Counted from the whole stretch's first letter, positions 23,961-37,885 are shown. The stretch is DNA of 63,792 nucleotides, filler included, from Octopus bimaculoides (GCF_001194135.2; 6 parts of 6 records of this genome joined end to end with filler, not necessarily neighbours in it); one strand, 5' to 3'. Numbers and translations: made by a program. Notes: generated by a model from the sequence alone, not told the origin.

Positions 23961-25680
23961 ATACACGAAACATATTCCACCCGACACCGTCAGTCTAGAC
24001 TTGTAATTACCAAGATTAATTCTTCGTGACGGAGAAAGTGTTTCTTTGCTCAAAACTAATCCTTCATTCCCACCACCACCACCACCACCACCAACATCAC
24101 CACCACCACCATAAGCACCACCGTTTCCACCGTCACCTCCACCGTTATCCAGTACCACCTCCATCATCACCACNNNNNNNNNNNNNNNNNNNNNNNNNNN
24201 NNNNNNNNNNNNNNNNNNNNNNNNNNNNNNNNNNNNNNNNNNNNNNNNNNNNNNNNNNNNNNNNNNNNNNNNNNNNNNNNNNNNNNNNNNNNNNNNNNNN
24301 NNNNNNNNNNNNNNNNNNNNNNNNNNNNNNNNNNNNNNNNNNNNNNNNNNNNNNNNNNNNNNNNNNNNNNNNNNNNNNNNNNNNNNNNNNNNNNNNNNNN
24401 NNNNNNNNNNNNNNNNNNNNNNNNNNNNNNNNNNNNNNNNNNNNNNNNNNNNNNNNNNNNNNNNNNNNNNNNNNNNNNNNNNNNNNNNNNNNNNNNNNNN
24501 NNNNNNNNNNNNNNNNNNNNNNNNNNNNNNNNNNNNNNNNNNNNNNNNNNNNNNNNNNNNNNNNNNNNNNNNNNNNNNNNNNNNNNNNNNNNNNNNNNNN
24601 NNNNNNNNNNNNNNNNNNNNNNNNNNNNNNNNNNNNNNNNNNNNNNNNNNNNNNNNNNNNNNNNNNNNNNNNNNNNNNNNNNNNNNNNNNNNNNNNNNNN
24701 NNNNNNNNNNNNNNNNNNNNNNNNNNNNNNNNNNNNNNNNNNNNNNNNNNNNNNNNNNNNNNNNNNNNNNNNNNNNNNNNNNNNNNNNNNNNNNNNNNNN
24801 NNNNNNNNCTATCGTCTTAGGGTGACAGGACACGTTAGATGATGCAGACATTTATAGATACCTTCAAAAGCTAGAATAGTCACGGCTGGATTGTCTTTTA
24901 ACCATAGGTTCTGTTTTGATCATGGCTGACCTCGAGTTAAACACAAGCACTCATTCATGCGCGCGCGCACGCACACACACAAACAGAGACACACACACAC
25001 ATACGCACTCACACACATACTCACACACACACACGGACACACACATGGGAACACTAACGTGCACACACACACACACACGTACGCACATACACATGTACTA
25101 CACATGTACTACACAAATGTATGCACATACACATTTACGCACATACATACAAAGAGACAGACAGACAGACAAACAGACACGCACACACACACACACACAC
25201 ACACATCCTTACCGCACAATCATATGGGAAGATTAAACAAGACATATCTACTACAACCTACACCACAGCTATTACCACCCTATTTACCTCACCGCTACTA
25301 TGGTTATTACTGCCACAAACAAAGGAAAAGTGCAGCGTGATTGCTTAGGAGGCTAAATATAGCAGCTAAATCTTTAAATCACTCACTACTGTATTAAAAA
25401 GGAAGGGCTTTGATTATATGACAGCAAGGTCAAGGTCGTCTACGTGCAACACAAGAACAAAATTCAAGCTGCTAGAAACAGCAGCTAAATCACATTTATC
25501 CTGTCGTAGTGATTAGACGCAAGACGAAAAGGATGGATCATTACGTCATGTCGTCCTAGATACATTTCTCAAAAAGTACCTACCTACCTACCTACCTACC
25601 TATCTACCTACCCACCTACCTAGATAGACAGATAGATAGATAGATAGATAGATAGATACATGTTTAAATGTATTATGGCA

Positions 25681-25720
25681 ACTGTCTCACGAACGCTGAC
25701 GTGAAACTCTGAGTAACAAT
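25681..25720 (+). ncRNA. Stand-alone minimal hammerhead motif (core G5 changed to C)
   Basis: ACUGU CUCACGA ACG-CUGA-CGU GAAA CUCUGAG UA ACAAU. Confidence 0.6.
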
Positions 25721-27192
25721 ATTTGAAGATCTTTTGATATATATAGTCAGATAGATGGAATATATATATATATATATATATGTAAAGAAGCATTGGTTAT
25801 AGAACAGACGTCAAATTCGGGTCAACGACTTTACATACAACACCATCCCTCAAACGTTTAATTATATATAAAAAATCACCACGGTTCACAAACGCATAAA
25901 AATAATACATATCCATAAAATCACAGAAGGTAAAACTATATAATCGAATAAAATACAAATAGAACGGCCTATCAAAAATGTTAAATATAAACGGGTAAAA
26001 ATTCAAAAACTACCAAAAAACCTAATAAACAAATATAAAATAAGTAAAGATTAAAATGAAATAAAAAAAAAATAAATGTCCACCGACTAAAAAAATTTTA
26101 TCAGACGATTAAAATATTTTTTAAAAATTAAAAAGAAATATTTTTTTTAAATATCTGAGAGAATATTTGGAAAAAGTCTTCGTNNNNNNNNNNNNNNNNN
26201 NNNNNNNNNNNNNNNNNNNNNNNNNNNNNNNNNNNNNNNNNNNNNNNNNNNNNNNNNNNNNNNNNNNNNNNNNNNNNNNNNNNNNNNNNNNNNNNNNNNN
26301 NNNNNNNNNNNNNNNNNNNNNNNNNNNNNNNNNNNNNNNNNNNNNNNNNNNNNNNNNNNNNNNNNNNNNNNNNNNNNNNNNNNNNNNNNNNNNNNNNNNN
26401 NNNNNNNNNNNNNNNNNNNNNNNNNNNNNNNNNNNNNNNNNNNNNNNNNNNNNNNNNNNNNNNNNNNNNNNNNNNNNNNNNNNNNNNNNNNNNNNNNNNN
26501 NNNNNNNNNNNNNNNNNNNNNNNNNNNNNNNNNNNNNNNNNNNNNNNNNNNNNNNNNNNNNNNNNNNNNNNNNNNNNNNNNNNNNNNNNNNNNNNNNNNN
26601 NNNNNNNNNNNNNNNNNNNNNNNNNNNNNNNNNNNNNNNNNNNNNNNNNNNNNNNNNNNNNNNNNNNNNNNNNNNNNNNNNNNNNNNNNNNNNNNNNNNN
26701 NNNNNNNNNNNNNNNNNNNNNNNNNNNNNNNNNNNNNNNNNNNNNNNNNNNNNNNNNNNNNNNNNNNNNNNNNNNNNNNNNNNNNNNNNNNNNNNNNNNN
26801 NNNNNNNNNNNNNNNNNNNNNNNNNNNNNNNNNNNNNNNNNNNNNNNNNNNNNNNNNNNNNNNNNNNNNNNNNNNNNNNNNNNNNNNNNNNNNNNNNNNN
26901 NNNNNNNNNNNNNNNNNNNNNNNNNNNNNNNNNNNNNNNNNNNNNNNNNNNNNNNNNNNNNNNNNNNNNNNNNNNNNNNNNNNNNNNAGAAAGAGAAAGT
27001 GGGGGCTGGGCATGTAAGCAAGCCCAATAGAATGTAGAATTAATAGGTTGGTAGCGACCTGTCTCTAAGTTAAGTTGATTGACAGCTGATTAGGTGGTGC
27101 TTACAGCTTAGCGCCTACCTGAACGCACAGTTTATATACACGCACATTAGCTTATACGCACACACCTATATATAACTGGTGTGCATGTGTGT

Positions 27193-27232
<40 letters not shown>

Positions 27233-27346
27233 TTAATAAGTAACGTGCTAGAAATTCTTTCGCTCTATGCATCTTTACAGCGAAATAACAAAGGATTGTT
27301 CATACAGAGATATATGGAGGCATACATGCAGACAAGCAGACAGACA

Positions 27347-27383
<37 letters not shown>

Positions 27384-27493
27384 GCATAAATATAGATATA
27401 GAGACAAAAATACACATACATACACACTCACGCATGCGCAGACTTACACACGTATACGTTTGTGCACATGCACATATATGCATATATGCGTGG

Positions 27494-27537
<44 letters not shown>

Positions 27538-27759
27538 NNNNNNNNNNNNNNNNNNNNNNNNNNNNNNNNNNNNNNNNNNNNNNNNNNNNNNNNNNNNNNN
27601 NNNNNNNNNNNNNNNNNNNNNNNNNNNNNNNNNNNNNNNNNNNNNNNNNNNNNNNNNNNNNNNNNNNNNNNNNNNNNNNNNNNNNNNNNNNNNNNNNNNN
27701 NNNNNNNNNNNNNNNNNNNNNNNNNNNNNNNNNNNNNNNNNNNNNNNNNNNNNNNNNNN

Positions 27760-27801
<42 letters not shown>

Positions 27802-28080
27802 AAGTGGGGGCTGGGCATGTAAGCAAACCCAATAGAATGTAGAATTAATAGGTTGGTATTATAGATAGATAGATTATATTATAGATAGATAGATAGATAT
27901 ATAAATAAATTGGTACATAGACACTTATGTACAAACACTCACACGCACACACACACATATATATATATATACATAGATACATACATATAATTATACATAT
28001 GTACATCTCTCTCTTTCTCTCTCTCTACACACACACATATATATATATATGTATACACATCTCTCTATATATTATATAAA

Positions 28081-28130
<50 letters not shown>

Positions 28131-28211
28131 NNNNNNNNNNNNNNNNNNNNNNNNNNNNNNNNNNNNNNNNNNNNNNNNNNNNNNNNNNNNNNNNNNNNNN
28201 NNNNNNNNNNN

Positions 28212-28288
<77 letters not shown>

Positions 28289-28639
28289 ATAACGCATGAA
28301 GCGGTTATTATTTGGATCTTAACGAAACATAATAAAAGGTGTATTATCTTCAAAATATCGTTTTATTGCACGAATTTTCTCTTAACCAACGAGAACAGCG
28401 TTCGTTATTTCAGTGGACTCCTGAAAATCAAAGAAGACTGAGAGTCTTGAAAAACACTGCAACATGGAGAAAGTTCCAGAGTTTCAGGAACTTAATGCCA
28501 AAATTCTGTTAAGACTTTAAAAGCCATTACAGAAATGAAAGTTCTACAATATTGATTATTGTACATTGGGACAATGCTAGAAATATATGGAGAAAAGAAA
28601 AAAATGATGCCTCTAATTCTTATATTTAACTGGTACAAA

Positions 28640-28765
28640 GCTGCAATCTGACAAAATCGTTAGAACGCCGAGCAAAATGCTTAGCGCCATTTCGTGCGTT
28701 CTGAGTTCAGACTCCACCGAGGTCCACTTTACTTTTCATCTTTTCGGGGTCGATTAAATATTTTA
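28640..28765 (+). mobile_element. SINE family A 5' part, CpG-retaining
   Basis: CGTTAGAACGCCGAGCAAAATGCTTAGCG...GAGTTCAGACTCC...CTTTTCGGGGTCGAT. Confidence 0.8.
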
Positions 28766-29139
28766 GCCTCTCTATCGAACTTGCTGATCTTGTGTCAAAA
28801 TTTTAAACCATTATTATCTACTGCAATAATCAATTCTTTTATGAGCCACAAGGGTTCACATAAAATAACATTAAATGACATGGGGAAGAAACTACGTGTA
28901 TGATGAGAGTGATGATGGTCATATGAAGAGAAACAAAAACTCAAAATAAACTAGTCACTGGGTGATGGCTATGGTTATGATATATCCCGTGTCTGGCAAA
29001 AGTGAAATAACTACATTTAAGAAGAAATTGTGATGAAGAGATAACTAAAAATATTGTAGAGAGTAGCAGACTGGAAAGGTAAGTACGTTAATAATGGGAG
29101 TAGGGCTAGGAATAGGGACATAGCTAAGCCTATTGTAGA

Positions 29140-29690
29140 GAGTTGGGCTTGCAATGAGGAGATAACTGCGTCAATGACGAGATTTTAAGGAGAAGGTGAT
29201 TAAGATTATGGTGGAGCTTGATATTGGCAATGGGGGGGGGGCAATGGGTGGATGTTACTGCAACTGTGTTGAATATATTTCTGGAAATGGGGAAGTAACT
29301 CCATCTATAATAAATGTGAAACTAACTAACATAGACGTAAGTGCGTCTGTGTAAGAGCAGAGCTAGCAATGTGGAGATACTATGGCCGAAACAGAGCTTA
29401 GCAATAAGGATGATGAGGATGGCAATGGGGAGGTAACTCAGGATATGTACAGAGTAAGGTCGGCAAGGGGGAGGTAATTATGTCTATATTGAGAGTAGAG
29501 CTAGTAATGAGGAGATACTGTGGGTGAAGCAGAGGTTGGTATTGTTGAGGAAACTATGCCTCCTATGAGTGTTATGCCGGCAATGGGGAGGTAATTATGT
29601 CTATGATGGAGTGGGGATGGGGCGAAATTGGAAATGGGGAAGTAAGTTCGATTATGATAGAGAGCAGAGTTGCCATGGTAATTTCATGCA
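29140..29690. repeat. Degenerate minisatellite built on GGCAATGGGGAGGTAA
   Basis: About 9 variants at irregular spacing. Confidence 0.7.
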
Positions 29691-30691
29691 TTATGTGTCG
29701 ACCAAACAAATGTTCATTGCCTGCAGCTTGAAATCATTTTCTGTATATCAGGGAGAAAAATGTAAAACTCACCCCACAAAAAAAAGAACAAAAAAAAAAG
29801 AAAAAACAAATCTAAACAAACGAACGAAAAGTCATAAAATATAATTGCATTAACCATCATAATCATCATCATCATCATCATCATCATCACCGGTATTATC
29901 GTCCTCGTCGCCATTANNNNNNNNNNNNNNNNNNNNNNNNNNNNNNNNNNNNNNNNNNNNNNNNNNNNNNNNNNNNNNNNNNNNNNNNNNNNNNNNNNNN
30001 NNNNNNNNNNNNNNNNNNNNNNNNNNNNNNNNNNNNNNNNNNNNNNNNNNNNNNNNNNNNNNNNNNNNNNNNNNNNNNNNNNNNNNNNNNNNNNNNNNNN
30101 NNNNNNNNNNNNNNNNNNNNNNNNNNNNNNNNNNNNNNNNNNNNNNNNNNNNNNNNNNNNNNNNNNNNNNNNNNNNNNNNNNNNNNNNNNNNNNNNNNNN
30201 NNNNNNNNNNNNNNNNNNNNNNNNNNNNNNNNNNNNNNNNNNNNNNNNNNNNNNNNNNNNNNNNNNNNNNNNNNNNNNNNNNNNNNNNNNNNNNNNNNNN
30301 NNNNNNNNNNNNNNNNNNNNNNNNNNNNNNNNNNNNNNNNNNNNNNNNNNNNNNNNNNNNNNNNNNNNNNNNNNNNNNNNNNNNNNNNNNNNNNNNNNNN
30401 NNNNNNNNNNNNNNNNNNNNNNNNNNNNNNNNNNNNNNNNNNNNNNNNNNNNNNNNNNNNNNNNNNNNNNNNNNNNNNNNNNNNNNNNNNNNNNNNNNNN
30501 NNNNNNNNNNNNNNNNNNNNNNNNNNNNNNNNNNNNNNNNNNNNNNNNNNNNNNNNNNNNNNNNNNNNNNNNNNNNNNNNNNNNNNNNNNNNNNNNNNNN
30601 NNNNNNNNNNNNNNNNNNNNNNNNNNNNNGGTGTTGGTTGTGGTGGTGGTGGTGGTGGTGGTGGTGGTGATAATGATGATGATGATCGTGG

Positions 30692-30722
<31 letters not shown>

Positions 30723-31059
30723 GGCGGTCGTGGCATCGGCGTTGGTGGTGTCGATAATGTTAATGATGAGGAAGAGGAAAACGGTGAGGGTCGTAGTCGT
30801 GCACAATGATGGTAATACTTATGATGTTGATGATGACGAGGAATCTGATGGTGGTGGTGATGATGATGATGATGACGACGATGACGACGACGATAACGGT
30901 AACGACGACGACGACGACAATGATGATTATGATTAAAACGATAATGAGAAAGCCAATAAAATATATCATCATCATCATCATCATCAACAGCGTTGCTGTT
31001 GATGATGTTCTTGATACATAATCACTATTATTAGAAATACCTTGTGCCATAATTTGAAT

Positions 31060-31063
31060 ATTA

Positions 31064-31125
<62 letters not shown>

Positions 31126-31133
31126 ATTATTAA

Positions 31134-31204
<71 letters not shown>

Positions 31205-31348
31205 CTATCATTATCATCATCATTATTAATATTATTATTGTTATTATTATTATCATTATTATTATTATCATTATCATCATCATTATTAATATTATTATTG
31301 TTATTATTATTATCATAATTATTATTATCATTATCATTATCATCATTA

Positions 31349-31422
<74 letters not shown>

Positions 31423-31503
31423 CTATCATTATCATCATCATTGTTAATATTATTATTGTTATTATTATTATCATCATAATTATTATTATCATTATCATTA
31501 TCA

Positions 31504-31556
<53 letters not shown>

Positions 31557-31560
31557 TTCG
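31060..31560. repeat. (ATT/ATC)n array with higher-order ~60-bp duplications
   Basis: The unit ATCATTATCATCATCATTATTAATATTATTATTG recurs three times. Confidence 0.9.
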
Positions 31561-32241
31561 TCATCGTTATTAGCATTTATTAACACCGTCGCATGCGTCG
31601 TCATACCATAATTATCCCCGTGGAAGCGATAGACGGCGGTGCACGAAGCCACCTATGTACACCAGAGATGCATGGATGGCTGCAGGACGTACACCCCCAC
31701 CACCACCACCACAATTGCACCCACACGCCTCGCCCCGTCGCACCACATACATTCATGCACACACCCCCACCAAACACATGGACACACATTGACATACACA
31801 GGCGCACATTTACACATACACGCACACGCTTGTGCACGCATGCACACGTACAGGCGTTGAAATAGATATAGGAAGCTAACGTATGCAAAGAAAATTAGAA
31901 CTTACGGCGGCAAAACAGACATAACTGCGTATTTGCAGCGCTTTGTGATACGTACAAGCTTAACGATTTGATATTTAGATTGATAGATAGAAAGATAGTA
32001 AGGATGGGACGGGTGGATATAGTCGAAATAGAGATAGATTTAGAGGGAGATGGGGTGTGAGGAAAGGAGAGAGGGGAGGAAGAGAAGAAGGAGGAAGGGA
32101 CATATATCTTGAAAGAGAACGTAAGAGAGAAGGACTAAGATGGAGAAATTAGCAGAAGCGGGTTTCACGAAAGGACAAAGTATATGTAAATCGATTTTAT
32201 TTACCTCCATATTTCTTTATCTATGTGTGTACGCGTATGTT

Positions 32242-32276
<35 letters not shown>

Positions 32277-32823
32277 CTAATTTAGAGACGAACCTCCACT
32301 CTACAACTCAGTCAACGAAGAACTCGTCCAAGCCATGCTGTGAGGCAAATACCATATAAAAACTTATCTAAGATTTTAATCAAAAATTTTAATAATTTTA
32401 ATAATATATAATATATCATATAAAGAAACATTCATCATAAAAATATTAATCTAAGAATCAAATAACGTATAAATAGGACAGTAAAATTTGATACAATAAT
32501 ATAATGTGTAAAAGTATAAAAGTATAAAAGTCAGGGCTTGTACATAGACTACGCGCGTTTTATGGTTGAAATAGTACTATATAAAATCATAAGAAAATTC
32601 TATCCAGCTTCATTAGAACGGGAAAATGATTTTACTTCCAAAATCAGTCACTCTTCAGGTCAAGTTCCTAAAAAAAAATAATCATATACATACATATATA
32701 GCTATATACATTAGTTATATACATATATATTATATATTACGAAACTCGGTGTAATATTATACCGAATTTTACTTGTAAGGTTGGAATAAGTCTTTATTCC
32801 CTAATAATATTATTATTAGTATA

Positions 32824-32859
<36 letters not shown>

Positions 32860-33896
32860 NNNNNNNNNNNNNNNNNNNNNNNNNNNNNNNNNNNNNNNNN
32901 NNNTTAATTAATTAANNNNNNNNNNNNNNNNNNNNNNNNNNNNNNNNNNNNNNNNNNNNTTTACGTATCTATGTTATGAAAAATAGGTAAAGAATACTGA
33001 GATGAAAGTTTAATCTATGACGTTGTATGTATCACTTTCTCTCTCTCTCCCTCTCCCTCTTTTACTCTTACTCTCTATATTTTTATGTTGAGCGCGTGTG
33101 TAAGAATGGTGTTCCAGGTAGCAGGGATGAAATATAAAAGTTGCTAGAAACAACAGCCAAATCTCCCTTAAATCACACAAAGTAAACGGAATTTAAAAAA
33201 TCTAATTACTGCACTGGAAAGTTCAGATCGAGAAAATTCCATTGATGTAAAAATTTTTACGAAAAAGTGGAAAATGTGGATTTCTATAAACATTCAAAAA
33301 GGCTTCACACAAACACACAATTTCAGATTTATATATAAAGATTGGTCTTCACAGCTATTGTGTTGTTAACATTCATTGTTAAATCCAATAATAGTCTGTC
33401 TGTTTGTATTGGACTGATTGGCTAAATAAATAGGTGACATGCTTAACTTTAGAAATGCCTGGCAAAAAGGACATTCACCTGTAGTTGTAAATAAAAGAAC
33501 AGATCACACTTCTTGTCACCTCATCAATAGACAATTATCCATATATATATACATAATCCATCTTAAGAAAAATCAACATTTTCAAATATTAATAGAATGA
33601 ATTGAACAGCAAGCAACAGATACTTAGCTCCAATCCTATCATTGAGTCTTTTTCTGTTTTTCTTTCTTAAATTGATTCATATTTTGTCTCAAACAATTTT
33701 ACATTTATTCGTAATGAATTAATTAGCTATCATAGATGCATGCACTGCTATGTGGTTAAGTGGCTTGCTTTGTAATCATGTGCTTTTGGGTTCAGTCCTA
33801 CATTGTGGAATCTTGAGGCAAGTGTTTCCTACGATAGCTGTGGGTCAACCGTTGTCTCACAAGGGAATTTGTTAAATGGAAACTGTGTAGAAGCTT

Positions 33897-33938
<42 letters not shown>

Positions 33939-34705
33939 GTGATCAGCAAATATTTGCTTCACCATATACCGAAGTTCAGAAATAGCAGCTAAAAAAGCTG
34001 AGAATCCCACAGATAGCATCACTTGTNNNNNNNNNNNNNNNNNNNNNNNNNNNNNNNNNNNNNNNNNNNNNNNNNNNNNNNNNNNNNNNNNNNNNNNNNN
34101 NNNNNNNNNNNNNNNNNNNNNNNNNNNNNNNNNNNNNNNNNNNNNNNNNNNNNNNNNNNNNNNNNNNNNNNNNNNNNNNNNNNNNNNNNNNNNNNNNNNN
34201 NNNNNNNNNNNNNNNNNNNNNNNNNNNNNNNNNNNNNNNNNNNNNNNNNNNNNNNNNNNNNNNNNNNNNNNNNNNNNNNNNNNNNNNNNNNNNNNNNNNN
34301 NNNNNNNNNNNNNNNNNNNNNNNNNNNNNNNNNNNNNNNNNNNNNNNNNNNNNNNNNNNNNNNNNNNNNNNNNNNNNNNNNNNNNNNNNNNNNNNNNNNN
34401 NNNNNNNNNNNNNNNNNNNNNNNNNNNTAGACGCGTTTCTGGATCATGATTGATAATAATCAATTTCCTTCATCAATACTGTATTCCAGTAGTAAATTTG
34501 ACTATGCTAGCAAACTGTGTAAGCATGGACTAGTAACATTCCACACCGACACAGGTTTGAAAGCATAACCGAATCCACCTCGGTCAGCCAGTCTAACTGT
34601 CCCTTCCTCAAGAAATTACCATGTGCGCGACAAGTGATATCGCAGAGAATCTGTGTATACTACCAGGGAGTGAATAATTATTACAAATTAAAAATTAATT
34701 TGTAA

Positions 34706-34745
<40 letters not shown>

Positions 34746-34843
34746 CATACACACACATATATATACACATATACATATATATACATACATATATACATAC
34801 ATGTATACACACACATATATATATATATTTATCCAAAAAATGG

Positions 34844-35054
34844 AACAAGAACACAACAGACGACAGTAAAACATCCGGACAGATAGACGATGTGAAGATG
34901 GACAAGAAAAACAATAAAAAGATGGACAGGAAAAAATAAGGACGGGTCATTCACTCCCTCCTCTTCTGCAAATGACTCCTCTTTGATTTTTCCTGTCCGT
35001 CTTCACCTTGTCTATCTCTCTGGGTGTTTTATAGTCGTCTGTTGCGTTCTTGTT
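34844..35054. repeat. Fold-back: ~85-105-bp arms, 19-bp spacer
   Basis: AACAAGAACACAACAGACGAC... pairs with ...GTCGTCTGTTGCGTTCTTGTT. The left arm has a ~24-bp internal duplication. Confidence 0.85.
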
Positions 35055-35082
35055 TTGTTTTTTAAAATTTATATATAGGTGC

Positions 35083-35490
35083 AGGGGTGGCCGTGTGGTA
35101 AGTAGCTTGCTTACCAACCACATGGTTCAGGGTTCATTCCCACTGCGTGGCACCTTGGGCAAGTGTCTTCTACTATAGCCTCAGGCCGACCAAAGCCTTG
35201 TGAGTGGATTTGGTAGACGGAAACTGAAAGAAGCCTGTCGTATATATGTATATATATATGTATGTGTATATGTTTGTGTGTCTGTGTCTGTCTCCCCAAC
35301 ATCGCTTGACAACCAATGGTGGTGTGTTTACGTCCCCGTAACTTAGCAGTTTGGCAAAAAGAGACCGATGGAGTAAGTACTAGGCTTCCAAAGAATAAGT
35401 ACTGGGGTCGATTTGCTCGACTGAAGGTGGTGCTCCAGCATGGCTGCAGTCAAATAACTGAAACAAGTAAAAGAGTAAAGAGTAAAGAGT
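35083..35490 (+). mobile_element. Full-length SINE family B (inverted partner at ~35690-36125)
   Basis: Colinear with 10216-10626. Confidence 0.9.
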
Positions 35491-35518
35491 ATATACATGT
35501 AGACTTTTTCTCACCTTG

Positions 35519-35591
<73 letters not shown>

Positions 35592-35882
35592 GTATGTATG
35601 TATGTATGTATATGTGTTTGCTAATACGAACAGGAAGAATAATACTCAAAGCATGAGTATCTTTTTATTTTTTTATTTGTTTCTGTCATTTGACAGTGAC
35701 CATGCTGGAGCACTGCTTTAAAGGGTTTTTTTTATTTGAAGAAATCAACCCCCAGCACTTATTCTTTGTAAGCCTAGTACTTATTCTGTCGGTCTCTTTT
35801 CCCGAACTGCTAAGTAATGGGAGACGTAAACACACCAACATTGGTTGTCAAGCGATTGAGAGAGAACAAACATAGACAAAAA

Positions 35883-35922
<40 letters not shown>

Positions 35923-36339
35923 CACACACAATCCTACATATATACACATACACACACACACATTCAATGGGCTTCTTTCAGTTTCTGTGTACCAAATCTA
36001 CTCACAAGGCTTTTTGGTTCGTCCGAAGCTATAGTAGAAAACACTTGCCCAAGGTGCCATGTGATGGGACTGAACCCGGAACCATGTGGTTGAGAAGCAA
36101 GCTTCTTACTATACAGCCATGCCTGTGTCTATATATATACATGTTTTTTTAATATTATTTTTAATCGACAAAAGTTACCAAGTGACTCAAAGGCTGTGAG
36201 TTTTTTACATGGCTAATATGATTTTGAAGAGTTTCATGCACATACTCTTGGTGCTTGAGTTATTCTAATGTCTTCATTAAAAATATGTATGTACATATGT
36301 AAGTGTGTGTGTATGTATATGTGTGTCTGTGTATGTATG

Positions 36340-36375
<36 letters not shown>

Positions 36376-37447
36376 TCCCTGTTTTATTCTGGGAAGGCTT
36401 TCCTTGTATGAGGTAACTGAACTATATTACTGCCAGTCAGTGAATCACTCATTAATTTCACAGTTCTCCCTCTGTTTACATTGGTATATTATATACCACT
36501 ATCTACGATGGTAGTGCTTATAATAGTAATGTTGTATTATATACCATCCATTGTTCCAACTAACAGCTAGACAACCCAATGAAGGAGCCCTTATATAGTT
36601 GCTCTACCCGATTTCATAGAAATTAGCTCCCAAATTTCTTTTAAATCACCTCCATAATCTTTAAAAAAAATAAAGGACACTTTGGTCAGTATGATTCTAG
36701 ATAAACTGTGTCTGAAAAATAACATGAAATGGTCATAACTGGAACACCTTTGACAATAGGTTTGCTTGACCAAAGATGACCTGGAGCTAAACAGCAACAA
36801 CTTGCAGCTAGGTTGATTGACTTTGCTGCTTGCTTATCAAGAATCTTGGCCAAAGGCAATTGGTGGCTGTCCTGGTAACCCTGGCAACTAGAACATCTGC
36901 ATTCTAAACACATTTTTTTTTTATTGAATGTAATTGTGATCACTGGATGTCTTCCTTCTCCTCCTCTTCCTCCTCCTCATCATCACCATTACCACCATAA
37001 ACAGAGAGAAAAAGAAAGCAAACACCATTTCCTATCTAGTGCTTGCATTTATTATTTTCTTTTTCCTCTTCCTTTCTTTTAATATCTTGTATATATCTAT
37101 GTCCAGCATGGATGATGGATGTTAAAATGGTAGTTGTTGTGATGGTGATGATAATGATAACTCAGGACTAGGACCCAGTTGAGACAACATGACTGGATGC
37201 ATTAGTTTAGGTTTATGACACCAAATCCACCTTGATTATTTTGTGTCTCCAGGCAGAACACTTTAATCCACATTACCTAAATTCATATAGCTTGTTGAGG
37301 AATAAATGCCAGATCAGTTTTGAAAGATTGGCATCCTATTCCAGGGAAGTTTTATCTCTCGTCTCTGCTTCACTCCACAACACCACATTTGAAGATCTAG
37401 GCTTTAGAAGGCATTTATATTTAATATATGCAATCAGTATGAGTCAT

Positions 37448-37885
37448 AGGCATGGCTGTGCAGTTAAGGGGCTCACTTTGCAATCACATGGTTTCGGGTT
37501 CAGTCCCACTGCGTAGCACCTTGTGCAAGTGTCTTCTACAATAGCCCTAGGCTGACAAAAGCTTTGTGTGTATTTGGTAGATGGGAACTGAAAGAAGCCC
37601 ATCATTATATATATATATATATATGTGTGTGTGCATGTGGGGAGTTTGCGTTTGACATCATGTGATTGTTGTAAATGAATGTCACTATCATACAAGCTGT
37701 GTCATTCATTCCCAATATTCCATGCAAACACGTCTTGTCTTGAGGAAATATCTTACTTGGAAACGGCTGAGCATTGGCAAGAAGGAAAGGCATCCAGTCA
37801 TAGAAGAGGTTCCTCAACAAATTCTATCCAATCCGTGCAAGCGTGGTAAAGTGGACGTTAAAACAATGATGATGATGATTATTAT
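37448..37885 (+). mobile_element. SINE with family-B head and RTE-derived tail (similar copies: ~44515-44700 minus, ~49775-50180 plus)
   Basis: tRNA/CORE-like head, then GCATCCAGTCATAGAA...GGACGTTAAAACAATGATG. Confidence 0.75.

Noticed and set aside
30984-31652. Poly-Asn protein ORF (MASCTAVYRF...NNNN)
   Set aside because: Starts at GTG after an in-frame stop and drifts into poly-Ile through the (AAT)n array.
37232-37516. 94-aa ORF with a good acceptor at ~37252
   Set aside because: No donor, it runs into a SINE head, and no motif was recognised.
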